From the NCBI RefSeq assembly GCF_009914755.1, contig NC_060930.1: DNA of 64,000 nt; one strand, written 5' to 3'. Position numbers and translations under genes: made by a program. Shown here piece by piece: positions 19,700 to 37,356 of this stretch. The notes beneath the pieces are model-generated. The model ran no database searches. It saw only the letters and a list, made by a program, of their open reading frames with translations, and was not told the origin of the DNA. The DNA comes from the human T2T-CHM13v2.0 reference genome, Homo sapiens. The first letter of the stretch is position 1. Every line of letters begins with the position of its first letter.

Positions 19700-20410
19700 T
19701 AATTTTATTAAAATTTTTTGTTGTAAAATATAATACAAATAAAAGCATACAGAATATAAATATACAGCTTAACAAATTATTACAAAGCAAATATTATTAT
19801 AACCACTATTCAAAATTAAGAATTAGTATACCACCTGTGTCCCTAAGCCTCCCAATTAAAACCTCCTCAACTCCCTTAAAAAGTAACTACTAACTGGACC
19901 TTTAGTGTAACCCTTTTTGCTTTTTTTTTTTTTTTAAGAAGTTTTACTAAGTAGACACCACCCTTAAACACCACTGCTTAGTTTCACTTGTTCTTGAATG
20001 TCATTAAATGGAACCATATAGGATGTACTTTTGCATCTGATTTCTTTTACTCAACACTCGGTTGTGGTATTCATCCACTTCACTGTGTGCAATTATAGTT
20101 TTTTCATGACTGCATAATATTCCAATGTAAGAATATACCACAATTTACTTACTCATTTTACTGTTGATGGACATTTGGGTTTTTCTAGTTGGGGAATTTT
20201 AACAGGAATAGCCCTGCTCTGAAATTCTGGTACATATCTTTCGGTAAACATACTTGTATATCTATCTATAGGTTATAATCCTAAAATAGGAATTCTTGTG
20301 CTGTCCTTTTTTTTTTTTTTAGAAATTTTACAATTTATATTGACATTTAGTAGATGCCAAATGGTTTTCTTAAGTGGCTGTATCAATTTATACTCTAACC
20401 AACTGTGTAT
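19700..20410 (-). mobile_element. Old L1 (L1M-type) 3' fragment
   Basis: Degenerate L1 3' motifs (ctgttgatggacatttgggt, gtggctgtatcaatttatactc). Confidence 0.6.
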
Positions 20411-20869
20411 GATATTTCTCTTTTCTTTTTGCCTCTCTCCCTCTTTTCCTTTCTTCTATTTATTTATGTATTCAACTCATATTTACTGAGCCTCTGGATT
20501 GGATTCTGATTATCAAATGATGAGTTAAAAGAAGTTAAAGTGTGCATCCCAGGAATCCTCGCCTCCTTCACCTAGTTCAGTCAGCAGACAGACAGGAAGC
20601 CTCCAGCACCATCTGGGTTCTCAAAAAGTCTAAGCTCGGTCTGGGGTGGTCTATAACACCCAAACCTCCCTCCTGGAAAGTAATGTGGCAGAGCCTCTGA
20701 GGCTACTCGCTGGCCCCTACTGGGGAAAAGAATCTCTCCCCTCATCCTGAGAGAGGCTTAATCAAGCTCCCTCTTCTAGGAGCCAGTCAGTTACACATCT
20801 GACCACAACAGGAGCAGTCACTGGGCCCCATCATGTTTCTGGAGGCTTGGGGAACTTTTGGTTTGTTTT

Positions 20870-22880
<2,011 letters not shown>

Positions 22881-23343
22881 CATTTTGCAGGCTTTTTAGC
22901 CTGCAAAAATTCTGCTTGGAAACTAGTATTGGTTTTTGACATTGGCTGTTTCCTATTAAATTGCTAACTTCCATCTACCTGCACTGCCCATGGTCTTCCT
23001 TCTTAAAAGCTTTCCTACGTCTGTTATCAAGGACATCCACACACCCACTCATATTAAACTACTAGAAAGCTTAATGCTTCCTTCTACATTAGAATATTTT
23101 CCTTACAGTGAGCTATGATTGTGCCACTGCACTCCAGCCTGGGTGACACAGCAAGACTCCATCTCTAAAAAATAATTTTTTCTAATAAAAAAAGAATATT
23201 TTCCTCTTACAGAACAAGCTGAAATTACAGTACATTTACCAGACCTACCTTTCTCTCAGCTTTTAAGGAGAAATAATGTATCTTAATTTATAAATTCATG
23301 CAAACAAAATCCTCCTATTCACAAGATTAAAAAATGGTTTTAC

Positions 23344-23392
23344 CTGTATAGCAAAAGTACCAACTCCGCCTGAAGCGCCTAAGATTAGAACA
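23344..23392 (-). CDS. RTN4IP1: RTN4IP1 coding exon 5 (Rossmann-fold NADPH-binding glycine motif)
   Basis: tttcAG|TGTTCT ... ATACAG|GTAAAA; 49 nt; (R)VLILGASGGVGTFAIQ matches the GxxGxxG motif of quinone oxidoreductases. Confidence 0.95.
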
Positions 23393-25623
23393 CTGAAATG
23401 CAAAGGAAACCACAATTAACGAGAATCTAAAGCAGATATAACTGGATAAACGTTTTCAACATATAACTGGTTGATGATAAGATGATAAATAATTCTAAAA
23501 GAAAATAAAGTTATTCAGCTTCCCAAGATATATTACACAAGGATTTTTATTTTAGGTTCACCAAGAAACTGCAGTTGCTTAAAATAAAGACATTCTATGA
23601 GCTCTGTACCAAGAATATCAAATACCGAAAATACCAATAATTTGTTGGTTTAAGATAGCTCAGATGGTCCTTTGTAATATCTGCCTTATAATTTTTCTAG
23701 GCTAAAATTGTTAGAGCTTCCTCTATGAGAGGGAGATTTGGGGCCCTTTTTAATTTGTTATGCTTAGCTGTTCTCTAAGAAAAATCACATTCCTGACTAC
23801 ATTCTCACCAAAGTGAAATAAACATCTTTTGTTCAGAGATGTCAAGTTCATCAACTTTCATAAATGAAAATCAATTCCCATCCTCGATGTGGCTTCCTGT
23901 TAAAGCAGAGGAATCTGTCAAACCAGCACAACCATCCTCATACTGCATGTTCTTACCATGTTAACTCACAATAGCCTTGAAGACCAGGGTGCTGAGCCTG
24001 GATCAGTCAGGGCAGGAGGGTGGGGCGGGACAAGGGTGAAGGGGTGAGGGGTAGGGTAAGGGATTATGAACTCTCTGAAATTGTGAATTTCCTAAAATAA
24101 CATGTAAAATTTGTGCGATGATGCATATGCTTATTGACAAGGAAAGGAATCTAGACCTATCATCTATTTCCCAAAGAAGTGTGCAATCCAAAAGAGAATC
24201 ACCAGTCAAAAAACTGCTTTCCATGCTCTTACATTTTATTCTTAAATTAAGGTAGAGCTTCAGAGAACTGCCTACTTGGACTGGATGGTTTCAAGTCCCA
24301 GAAAATTGTTTGTACTGTACTTTGGTGTCATGCTACTGATTGAGGCTGAGGGACATTATAAAAAGTGATTGTTTGATATCTGATACTGTATTAGCTAAGG
24401 GGATATTGTTGACAGAATTCATGAGAATTCTCTTTATGACGGCCTACAAAAAAAACACTTTTCTGAACACTAAGTGGTGGCAGTATCTGTCCTATTTAAC
24501 ATCACCGTAAATTGAGTAACTGCTAGTGTGGGTCCCTACTGCCTTGGCTGCTGGAAAGTGCAGGGAATTTTGCCACCTATCTCTAGTAAGTACACCAAAT
24601 CTTGGAACACGCATTCTATCTATAACCTTCACCCTAGTTTCATTTCATTTTTTTCTATCTTGCCCAAATCATAGAAGGCTGTTTGTCACCCTTATTTATA
24701 GCTTAACAGTTACTACTAAAATTTTTGAGCCAGTTGTTCCCTTTGAAATTAAAACCATTAAATGTAATTAAGCCAAGTCTCCTTCCAAATTGTGTTCCTT
24801 CTAGAAGGATTTATAATTTCCAAAATTATAAAGACTAGAAGAAATTTTAAAGATCCTGTTAGGGTTCAGAAAACAATACCCCAGAGTATGTCACTTTGAC
24901 ATGCTGAGTACTTTGAAGTTAAGAAGCAGCCTCAGAACGAAGGTCTCTCTGACCTTCTCTCACCATCCCGGCCACGGTCTCTCATCCCTTCCCTTTGTCT
25001 CTCCTGAAGTGCAAAGGGACGATTTCTCTGAAGTTCCCTCAGAAGGAATGCTATTTTCTTGGGCCCCCTCCCTATAATCTCACCAAACACAGAAGATTAA
25101 CTCACATGAAAGAAGACTAGAGTAGGTGCCACACACACAGCCCAGATGAATTTTGTCCTAGGCTACTGTCTGTTCTTTGGGCCCATTCATCTCCCCTCAA
25201 AATAATTTGCTCTTCCTCTAAAATTGCCTACATACTCCCCTTCCCTCCACCCTATGAAGAGGGTATGTAGGCATCACCCATTTGGCCCTTCTTTGAGGTT
25301 TGTACCTTGTGTGACTTCCATGCACCTGCACCTTATTACCTGCCCAGGTCTGCTGCCACCAACACTGACAGTGACCCCACCCCTCCAGTAGTAGAGCTGC
25401 CACACTGCCATGCATGCAGTGCAGAGACTAGAGGACCAGTTCACCTGGGGCCCACAACTACCACTGCTGGCCCTCATGCACAATGACCACAGTGCTGAGG
25501 ACTAGTCCACCCAAAGCCTGCCATCCACACCAGCAGCAGGAATGCCATGTAGCTGTATGTGTCACCTAGTGACCTGAGAACCAGACTGCCTGGCACCCCT
25601 ATGTCCAACAAAAGTGCCCAACA

Positions 25624-25930
<307 letters not shown>

Positions 25931-26001
25931 CTACAGCGTAAGCCACTGAGGAATTACTGACACGATTGATAGTGATTACAGCCAAAGAAATCATACAAAG
26001 A

Positions 26002-26323
<322 letters not shown>

Positions 26324-26598
26324 CTACTGCGCTCACCCAGGAACAAAGCCAAAGCACTCTACTCAAACAACACAATAGATACATCTACAGGAAAAAGTAC
26401 TGGAAGTACTAGCCAGAGCAATTAAGCAAGAGAAAGAAATAAAAGGCATCCAAATTGGAAAAGAGGATGTCAAATTGTCCCTCTTTGCAGATGACATGAT
26501 CTTACATATAGAAAAAACAAAAGACCACCAAAAACCTCTTAGAATTGATAAACAAACTCATTAAAGTAGCACAAAATCAATATACAAAAATCCGTAGC

Positions 26599-26925
26599 AG
26601 CCAGGAGCAGTGGCTCACGCCTGTAATCCCAACACTTCAGGAGGCTGAGGCAGGCAGATCGCTTGAGTCCAGGAGTTCAAGACCAGCCTGGCCAACACAG
26701 CAAAACCTATCTCTACTAAATACAAAAATTAGCTGGGCACAGTGGCACACGCTTGTAGTCCTAGCTATTTGGGAGGCTGAGGTGGAAGGATCACTTGAGC
26801 CCAGGAAGGCGGAGGTTGCAGTGAGCTAAGATCGTGCCACTGCCCTCCAGCCTGGGTTACAGAGCAACACTCTGTCTCCAAAAAGAAATTTTTTTAAATA
26901 AATAAATATAAATAAAAATTTAAAA
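26599..26925 (+). mobile_element. AluJ-like nested in L1
   Basis: Dimer with AT-rich tail. Confidence 0.85.
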
Positions 26926-27083
26926 ATCAGTGGCATTTCTATATACCAACAATGAACTAGCTGAAAAAGAAATCAATTTCATTTACAATAGCTACAAAAA
27001 AACCACTTAGGAATAAATTTAACCAAGGAGGTGAAAGATTTATATAATGAAAACTAGAAACACTGATAAAAGAAATCAAAGAG

Positions 27084-27210
27084 GGCTAGGCACGGTGGCT
27101 CACACCTCTAATCCCAGCACTTTGGGATGCCAAGTGGGGGAGGATCGCTTGAGCTCAGGAGTTCAAGACCAGCCTATCTCAAAAACATACATATAAATTA
27201 AATAAATAAA
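27084..27210 (+). mobile_element. Alu monomer fragment nested in L1
   Basis: Left-arm-type monomer. Confidence 0.75.
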
Positions 27211-28173
27211 TAGAAAAGAACACAAAAAAATGGACATCCTATGCTCATGGATTGGAAAAATAAATGTTGTTAAAATGAACAAACCACCCAAAGCAATCTA
27301 CAGACTTAATTCAAGCCTTATCAAAATATCAATGACATTCTTCACAGAAATTTTTTAAATCCTAAAATTTGCATGGAACCACAAAAGACCTTGAATAACC
27401 AAAACAATATGCACAAAAACAAAACAGCAGGAGGCATCACCCTACCTGACTTCATACTATACCACAAAGCTACAGTAACCAAAACAACATGGTACTGGTA
27501 TAAAAACAGATACATAGACCAATGGAACAGAATAAAGAACCCAGAAATAAATCAACCTATTTATAGCCAACTGATTTATGACAAAGGCAACAAGAATTGA
27601 TGTTGGTGAGAGGATAATTTCTTCAATAAATGGTGCTGGGAAAATTGGATATCCATATGCAGAAAAATGGAAACTAGATGCCCATCTCTCACCATATATA
27701 AAAACCAACTCAAAATGAATTAAAGACTTAAACATAAGACCCAAAAAAAAACTATTAGAAGAAAGCATATGGGAATACGGGCAAAAATGATATAGGTAAG
27801 ACTTCAAAAGCACAGGCAGCAAAAACATTAATAAATAGGACTATATCAAACTAAAAAACTCTGTACAGCAAATGAAACAACCAATGAAGAGACAACCTGT
27901 AGAATGGGAGAAAGTATATTCAAACTCTACAACCAACAAGGGACTACTACCCAGAATATATAAGGAACTCAAAAAACTCAACAACAACAAAAAACTAGTA
28001 ATCCAATTAAAAACGTGCAAAGGATCTGAACAGACATTTCTCAAAAAGAGAAAAATGATCAAGCATAGGCAAAATATGCTGTACATCACTAATAATCAGG
28101 GAAATGCAAATTCAAACCACAATGAGATCTCTCACCCTAGTTAGAATGGTTATTACCAAAAAGACAAAAAACA

Positions 28174-28273
28174 GGGCTTACTTAGGCAGCACATATACTA
28201 AAATTGGAATGACACAAAGATTAGCATGGTCCCTGAGCAAGAATGACATGCAAATTTGTGAAGTGTTCCATAT
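28174..28273 (+). pseudogene. RNU6: U6 snRNA retro-pseudogene inserted in an L1
   Basis: GGGCTTACTTAGGCAGCACATATACTAAAATTGGAATGACACAAAGATTAGCATGGTCCCTGAGCAAGAATGACATGCAAATTTGTGAAGTGTTCCATAT aligns end to end with U6. ACAGAGA box damaged; flanked by TSD AAAAAGACAAAAAA. Confidence 0.93.
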
Positions 28274-29731
28274 AGAAAAAAGACAAAAAAAAATAAATAT
28301 TGGAAAAGATGCAGAGAAAAGGGGACTCTTATACACCTTTGGTGGGAATATAAGTTAGTATAGCCAATATGGAAAACGGTATGAAGTTTTCCCTAAAAGT
28401 AAAACTATCATAAGATCCAGCAATCCTACTACTGAGTATTTATCCAGAGGAAGGAGAATCAGTCATATCAAAGAGATATCTGCACTCCCATGTTTAATAC
28501 AACACTATTTGCAATAGCCAAGATATGGAATCAACTTAAATGTCCATTAACAGATAAACAGGTAAAGAAAATGTGGTATGTATACACAAGGTAATACTAT
28601 TCAGCCATAAAAAAGAAAGAATGATATTCTGTCATTTGTGGCAACAGGGATGAGCCTGGAGGACATTATGTTAAGTGAAATAAGTCAGGCACAAGAAGAT
28701 AAATACCACGTTTTCACTCAAGGGGGAGCTAGACAAGGTTGAAGTCACAGAAGCAGTGAGTAGAACTGTGGTTTATCAGTCGCCAGGAAGGGTAGCAGGG
28801 AGGGAAGAACAGGGTGAGGTTGGTTAACAAATACAAAATTACAGCTAGATAGGAAGAATAAGTTCTAGTACTCTATAGCACTACAAGGTGAATATAGTTA
28901 ATAATAATTTATTGTATACTTTCAAAAAACTAAAAGAGAGGATTTTTAATGTTCCCAACACAAAGAAATAATCAATGTTTGACCTGAAGGATATGCTGAT
29001 TGTTCTGATTTGATCATTACACATGGTATCCATGTATTGAAATATCACACTATGCCCCATAAATGTGTACATTACATATCAACTAACATTAAAAGGAAAT
29101 AAATAATGTGTATAACTTTTCTCCTATTAATCTATTATCAGTTGATTTCAGCAGACTCAGTTATAGAACCTTCAGAGGGCAGAGGTAAAGTACCTTTTGC
29201 CCTGACAATTCAAACATAGCTTTAGTCTTCCTAAATGAGGGAAAAAAGTATGAAAAGTGCTTCAAAAATACATTCAAAAATTAATTCCCCCATGAAATAT
29301 TTCACCCTCTTACTTTTGTCCATTCTTATAGAAGTGTTGCTAGTCAAATTCTCATTTAAGTTCCTCACAATATATTACCTGCACTCTCCAACTTTTCCTC
29401 TCACTATTTCCTGAATGGAACTCTTCCTCTGAGACTCTGTTCCCCTAATTCTTCCCCCTACATTGCACACACACTGGTCCATTCCTCCAGGCTCTAGAAT
29501 GCTATAATTACCTGCTGAGGTCTCCTTTCCCTTGAAGGACCAAGTCCCAGTTTTCCTCTACAATACCCTTAACATAGCCTGGAACCTGTTATCTATGCCA
29601 CACATCCTACTTCCCAACTTATTCTGCAAGCTCTTAAGGTCAGAGACTTCATATTATGCCCTGCATTGGCCACAGTGCCCTGGATGTAGCAGATGCCTGA
29701 TCAAAGTTTCTTGACTTTCAAAATCATCCAT

Positions 29732-29998
<267 letters not shown>

Positions 29999-30340
29999 TC
30001 ATCCAATCACCATTATGTCCTACAATCAAGGCAACAACTGCTACTACCTCAAGTGAGGGGATCGCCTGGCTACTTGAAAGACTGCATTCAAGTTTCTTCC
30101 AGTAAAGAAAAGCTTGAAAATAATTTCTAATTCTCTCTCTGTGAATGCTGGATACTAAATATAATGGCTACTTCAGGATCCAACTGCCAAATACATCTCC
30201 GACCTCATTATTGTCAGTTCATCTCTTCCCTATAACTCTTGATCCAAAGCAACTTCATTCCCTCAAATAAAAAAGCAAAACTGTGTTTCACAGCAGGGCT
30301 TAGCAAGAGTGGTTCTGCAATAGCAGCTTCAATTCTTTGT

Positions 30341-30359
30341 GTTGCCACCTGATGGCGAC
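30341..30359 (-). promoter_or_regulatory. Candidate CTCF binding site
   Basis: Minus strand reads GTCGCCATCAGGTGGCAAC, close to the CTCF core CCASYAGRKGGCR; lies in non-repeat sequence. Confidence 0.55.
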
Positions 30360-30524
30360 CCCAAGTGCAAAAGCAGCAAGGAGCAGGTCCAATGAATGAA
30401 GCGCTGTTAGCTTGTAAAGGAGCCCTGAGGACACATCGTTTTCTGGTCCTGTAAACTCCACATTTTGTGCAGGTTTCAACCATATCTTTCTTCAAAGTCC
30501 CCAAAAAGAGAGTAGGCAAAATAA

Positions 30525-30820
<296 letters not shown>

Positions 30821-32447
30821 GGCAAAATAAATTTTCAAGCCAACAATAAGCCGGTCGGTCTTCTAAAGTCTGAAGTCTTGTGGCTCAACTAATTATTCTT
30901 GTTGTATTCTTCACAGCACGTTCAATGCAAAGGGAAGCAACTGCTGTTGCTGACCTCCCAATGGCCCTTCACTTAAGTCCTACACAGTGGGAATACTTTT
31001 TACCTAGCTTGCTGTAATGGCCACACTATATATTCGAATCTCACTGAAGTAGAAGCCTATTTGTGATAGTGAAGAAACGTGTGCTGTATTTGTTGGTTTA
31101 TATAAAGTGTGTACAGAAATACTCTACTTGAAAAAAGCACTGTTATTCAAAATCGCCAAGGTTTTTAATTGCATGCCTCTATTACTTCTTAAGTACACAT
31201 ATAGAGCTTCTTTGGAAGTCAGAAGGGATTGTACTAGTGACAGATATTTTTTAAATATGGAGAAAATATGAATCAGTATTACATTACTTAGGCATTCTTA
31301 AACCCTAAAATCTAACTTGCTCTGTCCTTTTTGCCTAATCTCTGAATTCTCCCTAAACATACATTAAGGCACTGAAGCAATGTTGGCTTCTTTTCCATGA
31401 CTGAGTCACTTTTTATTTGGCATTTGGGCACCTAAGCCCTCTACAATCACAGTTTTCAGTATTGTAATCTTATGAGGTAGGGCGCCAACCCCGTTAGCTG
31501 CCTTACAAAAAAAAAAACAAAAACACGAAACATGCTACAAAACAGCAAGACATCCAGAAGTAGAAAATCATCTTCAAGTTTCTATATTCTGACTTGATCC
31601 CAAAAATCTCTGAATGCCAGGGCTGGGTATCTAGAGTCACGGGTTCAGGTTTCAACTCTCTCTCTAATGGAATCCCTGGCCCTCAGATCTGTCACCTACA
31701 AAATGATGATGACAGAAGTGTACTCTGGGAGTCAATGAAAAAGAACAGGTGCTTTCCATCTAATTTAAGCTTATATTTTGTTTCTCCACCTTTGAAACAG
31801 ACATATATGGCCTTCAAAATTGCCCCAGATTTATAGTGAAAAAAGCCACATTATAAGATTAGAGTGTCATCTATTAAATCCTAATGACTTATGAACAAAG
31901 ATGATTTAAATATGGTGAAATCGACCATCAGTAGAAACAAATGGTTTTAAGAAATAAGGATTATGCTGAAAATGTATCTCATCTTTCACCTCCACAAACT
32001 ACTTTTTTTCTCAGCCTTGTGGAGGTTCTGAAACACACATGACTTTTAAATCATGGGGAAAACAGATAAAAGATAGCAAAGTGTCTTAGCATAATACGCC
32101 AGGTTTATTGTCTTAAAGTGAGTGAGAAACTTAATCTGAATAAGTGGAAAAATATAGCTACAAAACAAATCAATCAAAGGAGACCAAGATAGCCTAGATT
32201 TATGTGTCCTCTTCTTCTAAGCCTCTGTAATGCATGTTGACATCCCCCAATTTACAGAAGAGTTTGTGTGTGAATTAAATGTTTAGAAAGTTAAACACAT
32301 TTTCCCAAGAAAACAAAGCTATTTATATATCTTGGTAAGGTGGCCAGGGTAAGCCATTTATGAAGACTTAGTTAACCCATAATCGACGAAGAACTTTATA
32401 CACAGGATAACAATGGCTTTGTTATCCGAAGTGTATTCAGAATTTCA

Positions 32448-32873
<426 letters not shown>

Positions 32874-33007
32874 TGTGATGGGTGACAATAGGGCATAAGA
32901 CAGAGAGAAGTAGTGAGGTCAGAGGATTTACCATGGAGCCAATGAAGCCGAAGCCCTTCACTTACACAAGGCCCAGAGAGGAACCCTAGCAATATTTTGC
33001 ATAGACA

Positions 33008-33535
33008 TGTTAGATATGAGTTCTAAATTTCTTTTCAAATAATTAATATGTCAGTATGTTCAATTCTTTGCCTTCTACTTTTAAACTTCCTCATAAAGCA
33101 ACCTTTTACAATTACCTACTCCACCCTAACTCATTCTCATCACCTGCTCCACCCTGACTCATTCCAATCACCTGCTCTACCCTAACTCATTCCATCACCT
33201 GCTCCACCATAACTCATTCCGATTACCTGCTACCTGCTCTGCCCTGACTCCCGCCAAAGCACTCACCCCATCATTCTCTTTAAATTAGCCAATCAGAATT
33301 AGTTTAGTCTGTGTGGGCTAACCCTAGCCAATAGGGGAATGACAGAGTAACAGGGGCCACGTGCATCAGGGATAAGAACCCCTTCCCCTCCCTTGTCCAA
33401 ACATGCGCTCGCCATTGTTCCATCTGTAAGGGCGCACCCTTCTATACAGAAGTAACTGGCCTTGCTGAGAATTAAAAAGAAAATTTTATATTCAAGTGCT
33501 ATTTCTTTTGTGGCGCCGAAACTTTATATGTAACA
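33008..33535 (+). mobile_element. LTR10 (HERV-I, LTR10A/F-like) solo LTR with internal ~28-bp VNTR
   Basis: TGTTAGATATGAGTTCTAAATTTC…TGTAACA termini; 4-bp TSD GACA; tandem ACCTGCTCCACCCTRACTCATTCC units; CCAAT boxes; ATTAAA. Confidence 0.8.
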
Positions 33536-34082
33536 GACATGTTTTTGTAAAATTTGTAAAAGATATGCTAACCACAATCAGTTAAGATTGGTCTTTTTTC
33601 ACTCTTACTCATCAGTCTTGCTTTTTTCTCAGGTGATACTAGATCTAGCTAAAGGGAAGTTGATTGGAAATATACTTGTTTGGGGTTTAGTGGAAAATAC
33701 TGATGTGGTTCGTAGTCACTTCTGTGTAAAGTTAAGTTATCCCTAGCTGTCCTAGTTTAAGAAATGCCTTCCAGGAATTTCTTCCTACCTCTCATTAAGT
33801 CAACTCACCTAAGCCACATGACATTTCCTTAAAGCTGTGTATCACTGCACCCAGCACAGGGTCATGTGAGTAGTGAAGGAGAAAGAAAGTTAAACAAGGT
33901 TTGAAATGTACAAAGCCAGAAGCTAGTCTGTGGAAAATTCCTCCAATTAAAAAAATGTAAGAATTTACAAGACAACACTATATGGAAGAGGTTAACAACA
34001 AACTAATCAGGATTGTTCATTAAAATACAACAGTATTTTAGGCTTATTCACTACACAAGAAAACGTGAAATGCCTTGAAATC

Positions 34083-34651
34083 TGTAAACCAAAAATAAAA
34101 TTCTAAGGCCCCAGCCATCTGAATGGACTCCTCTTCTTGGCCAAGGACATTCCAGAGTTCCCTGAAAATCTAGTTCTGCTCATGATGAGAGAGGAGGTTG
34201 CAGGCCTCATTATACCCCTGCAGCATTAACATCAACACAGAACTTGAATCTGATAGGAAACATTTACAGTCTATTCTCTCTAAAGCTGGCTACTTGGAGG
34301 CTTCATCTGCATGACAAAACCTAGGTCTCTACAACCCCTTATCTTAACCCAGACATTCCATTTCACTTATAATAAATCTTTCAACCAACTGCCAATCGGA
34401 AAATTTTTAAATCTACCTATCACTTGGAAGCCCACCCCTCTTCAAGAGGTCTCACCCTTCAAGATCAGACCAATGTAAATCTTATGTGTATTGATGGATG
34501 TATTGTCTTCCAAAAATATATAAAAGCAAGTTGCACCCTGACCACCTTGGGTGCATGTCATCCGGAGGCTGTGTCACAGGCGTGTCCTTAACCTTGCCAA
34601 AATAAACTTTCTAAATTGACTGAGACCTGTCTCAGATATTTTGGGTTCACA
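34083..34651 (+). mobile_element. MER4-group ERV1 solo LTR
   Basis: TGTAAACCAAAAATAAAATTCTAAGG…AATAAACTTTCTAAATTGACTGAGACCTGTCTCAGATATTTTGGGTTCACA; 4-bp TSD AATC. Confidence 0.8.
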
Positions 34652-35955
34652 AATCTTATAGCTGGCATATAAAAGGAACTTGGAAGACATTGTTCCAAAT
34701 TTGGCAACAATCTTATATTTTACATGACACGAACAATAATGAGTAGTGCTGAGGAAGGTGAAAGAGCAGGGTTTATGAACAATGTCAGGTTTTGACTTAG
34801 GGTAAACCACAATTAACTGACATTAGGATTACAGAGGAAGAGTTGGGGTGGTAGTTGGTAAGTGTTGTTTTGCTCAAGTTGAGTTTGAGATATAAAGAGA
34901 ACATCTGACTGGAACTCAGTAAGAGGACAGAGTTAGAAATACAGATCTGTAAGTTACCAAACTATAAGTAGAAGCTGGGAGTAGATGAGATAACCCTGGG
35001 AAACAAAAAGGAAGAATAGAGTGGAATACTGGGAAAACAGCACATTTAAAGGGCTGGAGGAAGAAGTGGGGGCTTCTAAAAATGACAAGAAATGTTCAAC
35101 AACAAAAAAAGAAAACTTAAAAGTCTTAATGTCCCTGAAACCATACGAAAAGTAAGTATTTAGGAAGTGTTCAACAATGCCAGCTACTTCAGAGAGATCA
35201 AATTAAAATAAGAACTGAAAAATGTCTTTGGGCTTGGCAACTTAAGTCACTTAAGTTAGCTACGACCCCAGTGAGGGCAGATGCAATTGAAAGGCAAGGC
35301 TAGAAGCTAGATTACAGTCCATTGAAGAGTAAATGACTTGTAACCTCACGAGATAGTTAACCTAGTCACTTAGAAAGCTATTGTATAAAACACAAATTTC
35401 CAGGAGTGAGGTTTCTGCTATTCTTTCAAGTGCCCACCGCCCCCACCCCCCCACCCAGGACTCCCTGGAAAATAGACCTGAAGCAAAGGAAGATTCATTT
35501 CCATCACACTGACCAAGCCAGAGCCTCCACTCTCACTCTCCTTGCCTCCTCAACCCCATACTTTGTTTATGCAAGAAAACAGCTGGGGTTTCTTTCTACT
35601 TCCCCTTACCCCCCTAACAATACAACCCAGTCAGGTGCAAATGAAAACTTAAAGTCCAAAAGGGTAATGGGCTTGGGGAGTGGGAAGAAACAGGTGGTGG
35701 TGGGGTGAAGAAAAGGCCTTAGAATGCATTTGAAAGAAGAAGGCTGTCATTTTAATTTTAATATAAGCATATTGGTAGGGAATAAACCCAATGTTTTTAA
35801 CTCTGGGCCTAATTCTATAATTCTATATCAGAATTAATCAGACACCTAATTTACACTTACATGACAAAATTTTACTGCCATAAAACCTAATATCAAAAAA
35901 AAAGTATTCCTAAATTCACTTCATTGAGTTGCAAGTATACACAATTTAAAAGTGA

Positions 35956-36125
<170 letters not shown>

Positions 36126-36396
36126 CCTTTTAATACTTCTGTCAAACAGAGTGAAGTACAACTTTCCCAGCAAGACATGAATTTCAGGCAGAGCATGAAA
36201 TATTCAAGTGCACCAATGACACTACCAATAAATAAAACCATCAAATCTTAACATATTCAAAAAATATCTAGTTGTAACAACTTTTTAAAAAAATTTCTAC
36301 TTATCTTGAGAGCCCTAAGTTATCTATGTGTTCCTACTGAACAAATCATGAAGAAACTATAGATGGGCTGATAAAAAGAAAATAATTTTCACTTGA

Positions 36397-36702
<306 letters not shown>

Positions 36703-37356
36703 TCACTTGACATTTTCTAATGATATCAATGTGTGGACAAAATGACAGTATTATATGACATCAAGAATAAACTATTTCCTTGGTTCACTGATACTCAGCT
36801 GCTGCAGAAAAGTAACTACAGAACAAAGGGGGAAAAAGGTAAACATCATTGAACCCTTAGAAAGATTTGTCCTAATTTCAAATAAGCTGTTTGTTATAAA
36901 GAAATCCTATAAAATCTTCCAAGGTGCTGATAGGTGTTTTTGTCATTGTTAATTTTGTTTTTTTTTAATTAACTGATTAGAAAAAAAAGATGATTCATCT
37001 TTGATAACAAATACTGATGTGCTTTGTGCAGACTAAGGCATGCCTTAATGCCAATAGCTAATAGCTAACAGAAAAAGAACAGTTATTGCTTAGCATATTG
37101 AAGCCAAAATATGCTCCATCAATCACAATGAATAGTCAAATGGAAAATCCACTTTGGACACTGGAACTTCTGAGTTTAGGTACAATAAAATCTCATTATA
37201 GAATTTCTTCATTAAAAGTATTTTTACAGTATTTTAAGGTGCTCACATCTCTCATGTGACTCTCACAAATAAGCAGTTAAAAGAGGTAGGCCATTATTAT
37301 AACCCATGTGTGGTAATTTCAGTAAACCGAAATTTCTGAGAGCAGCAAGTACCAAG

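Noticed and set aside
33113-33250. Regular ~28-bp repeats resembling a CRISPR array
   Set aside because: No unique spacers and no cas genes; it is an LTR-internal VNTR in a primate genome.
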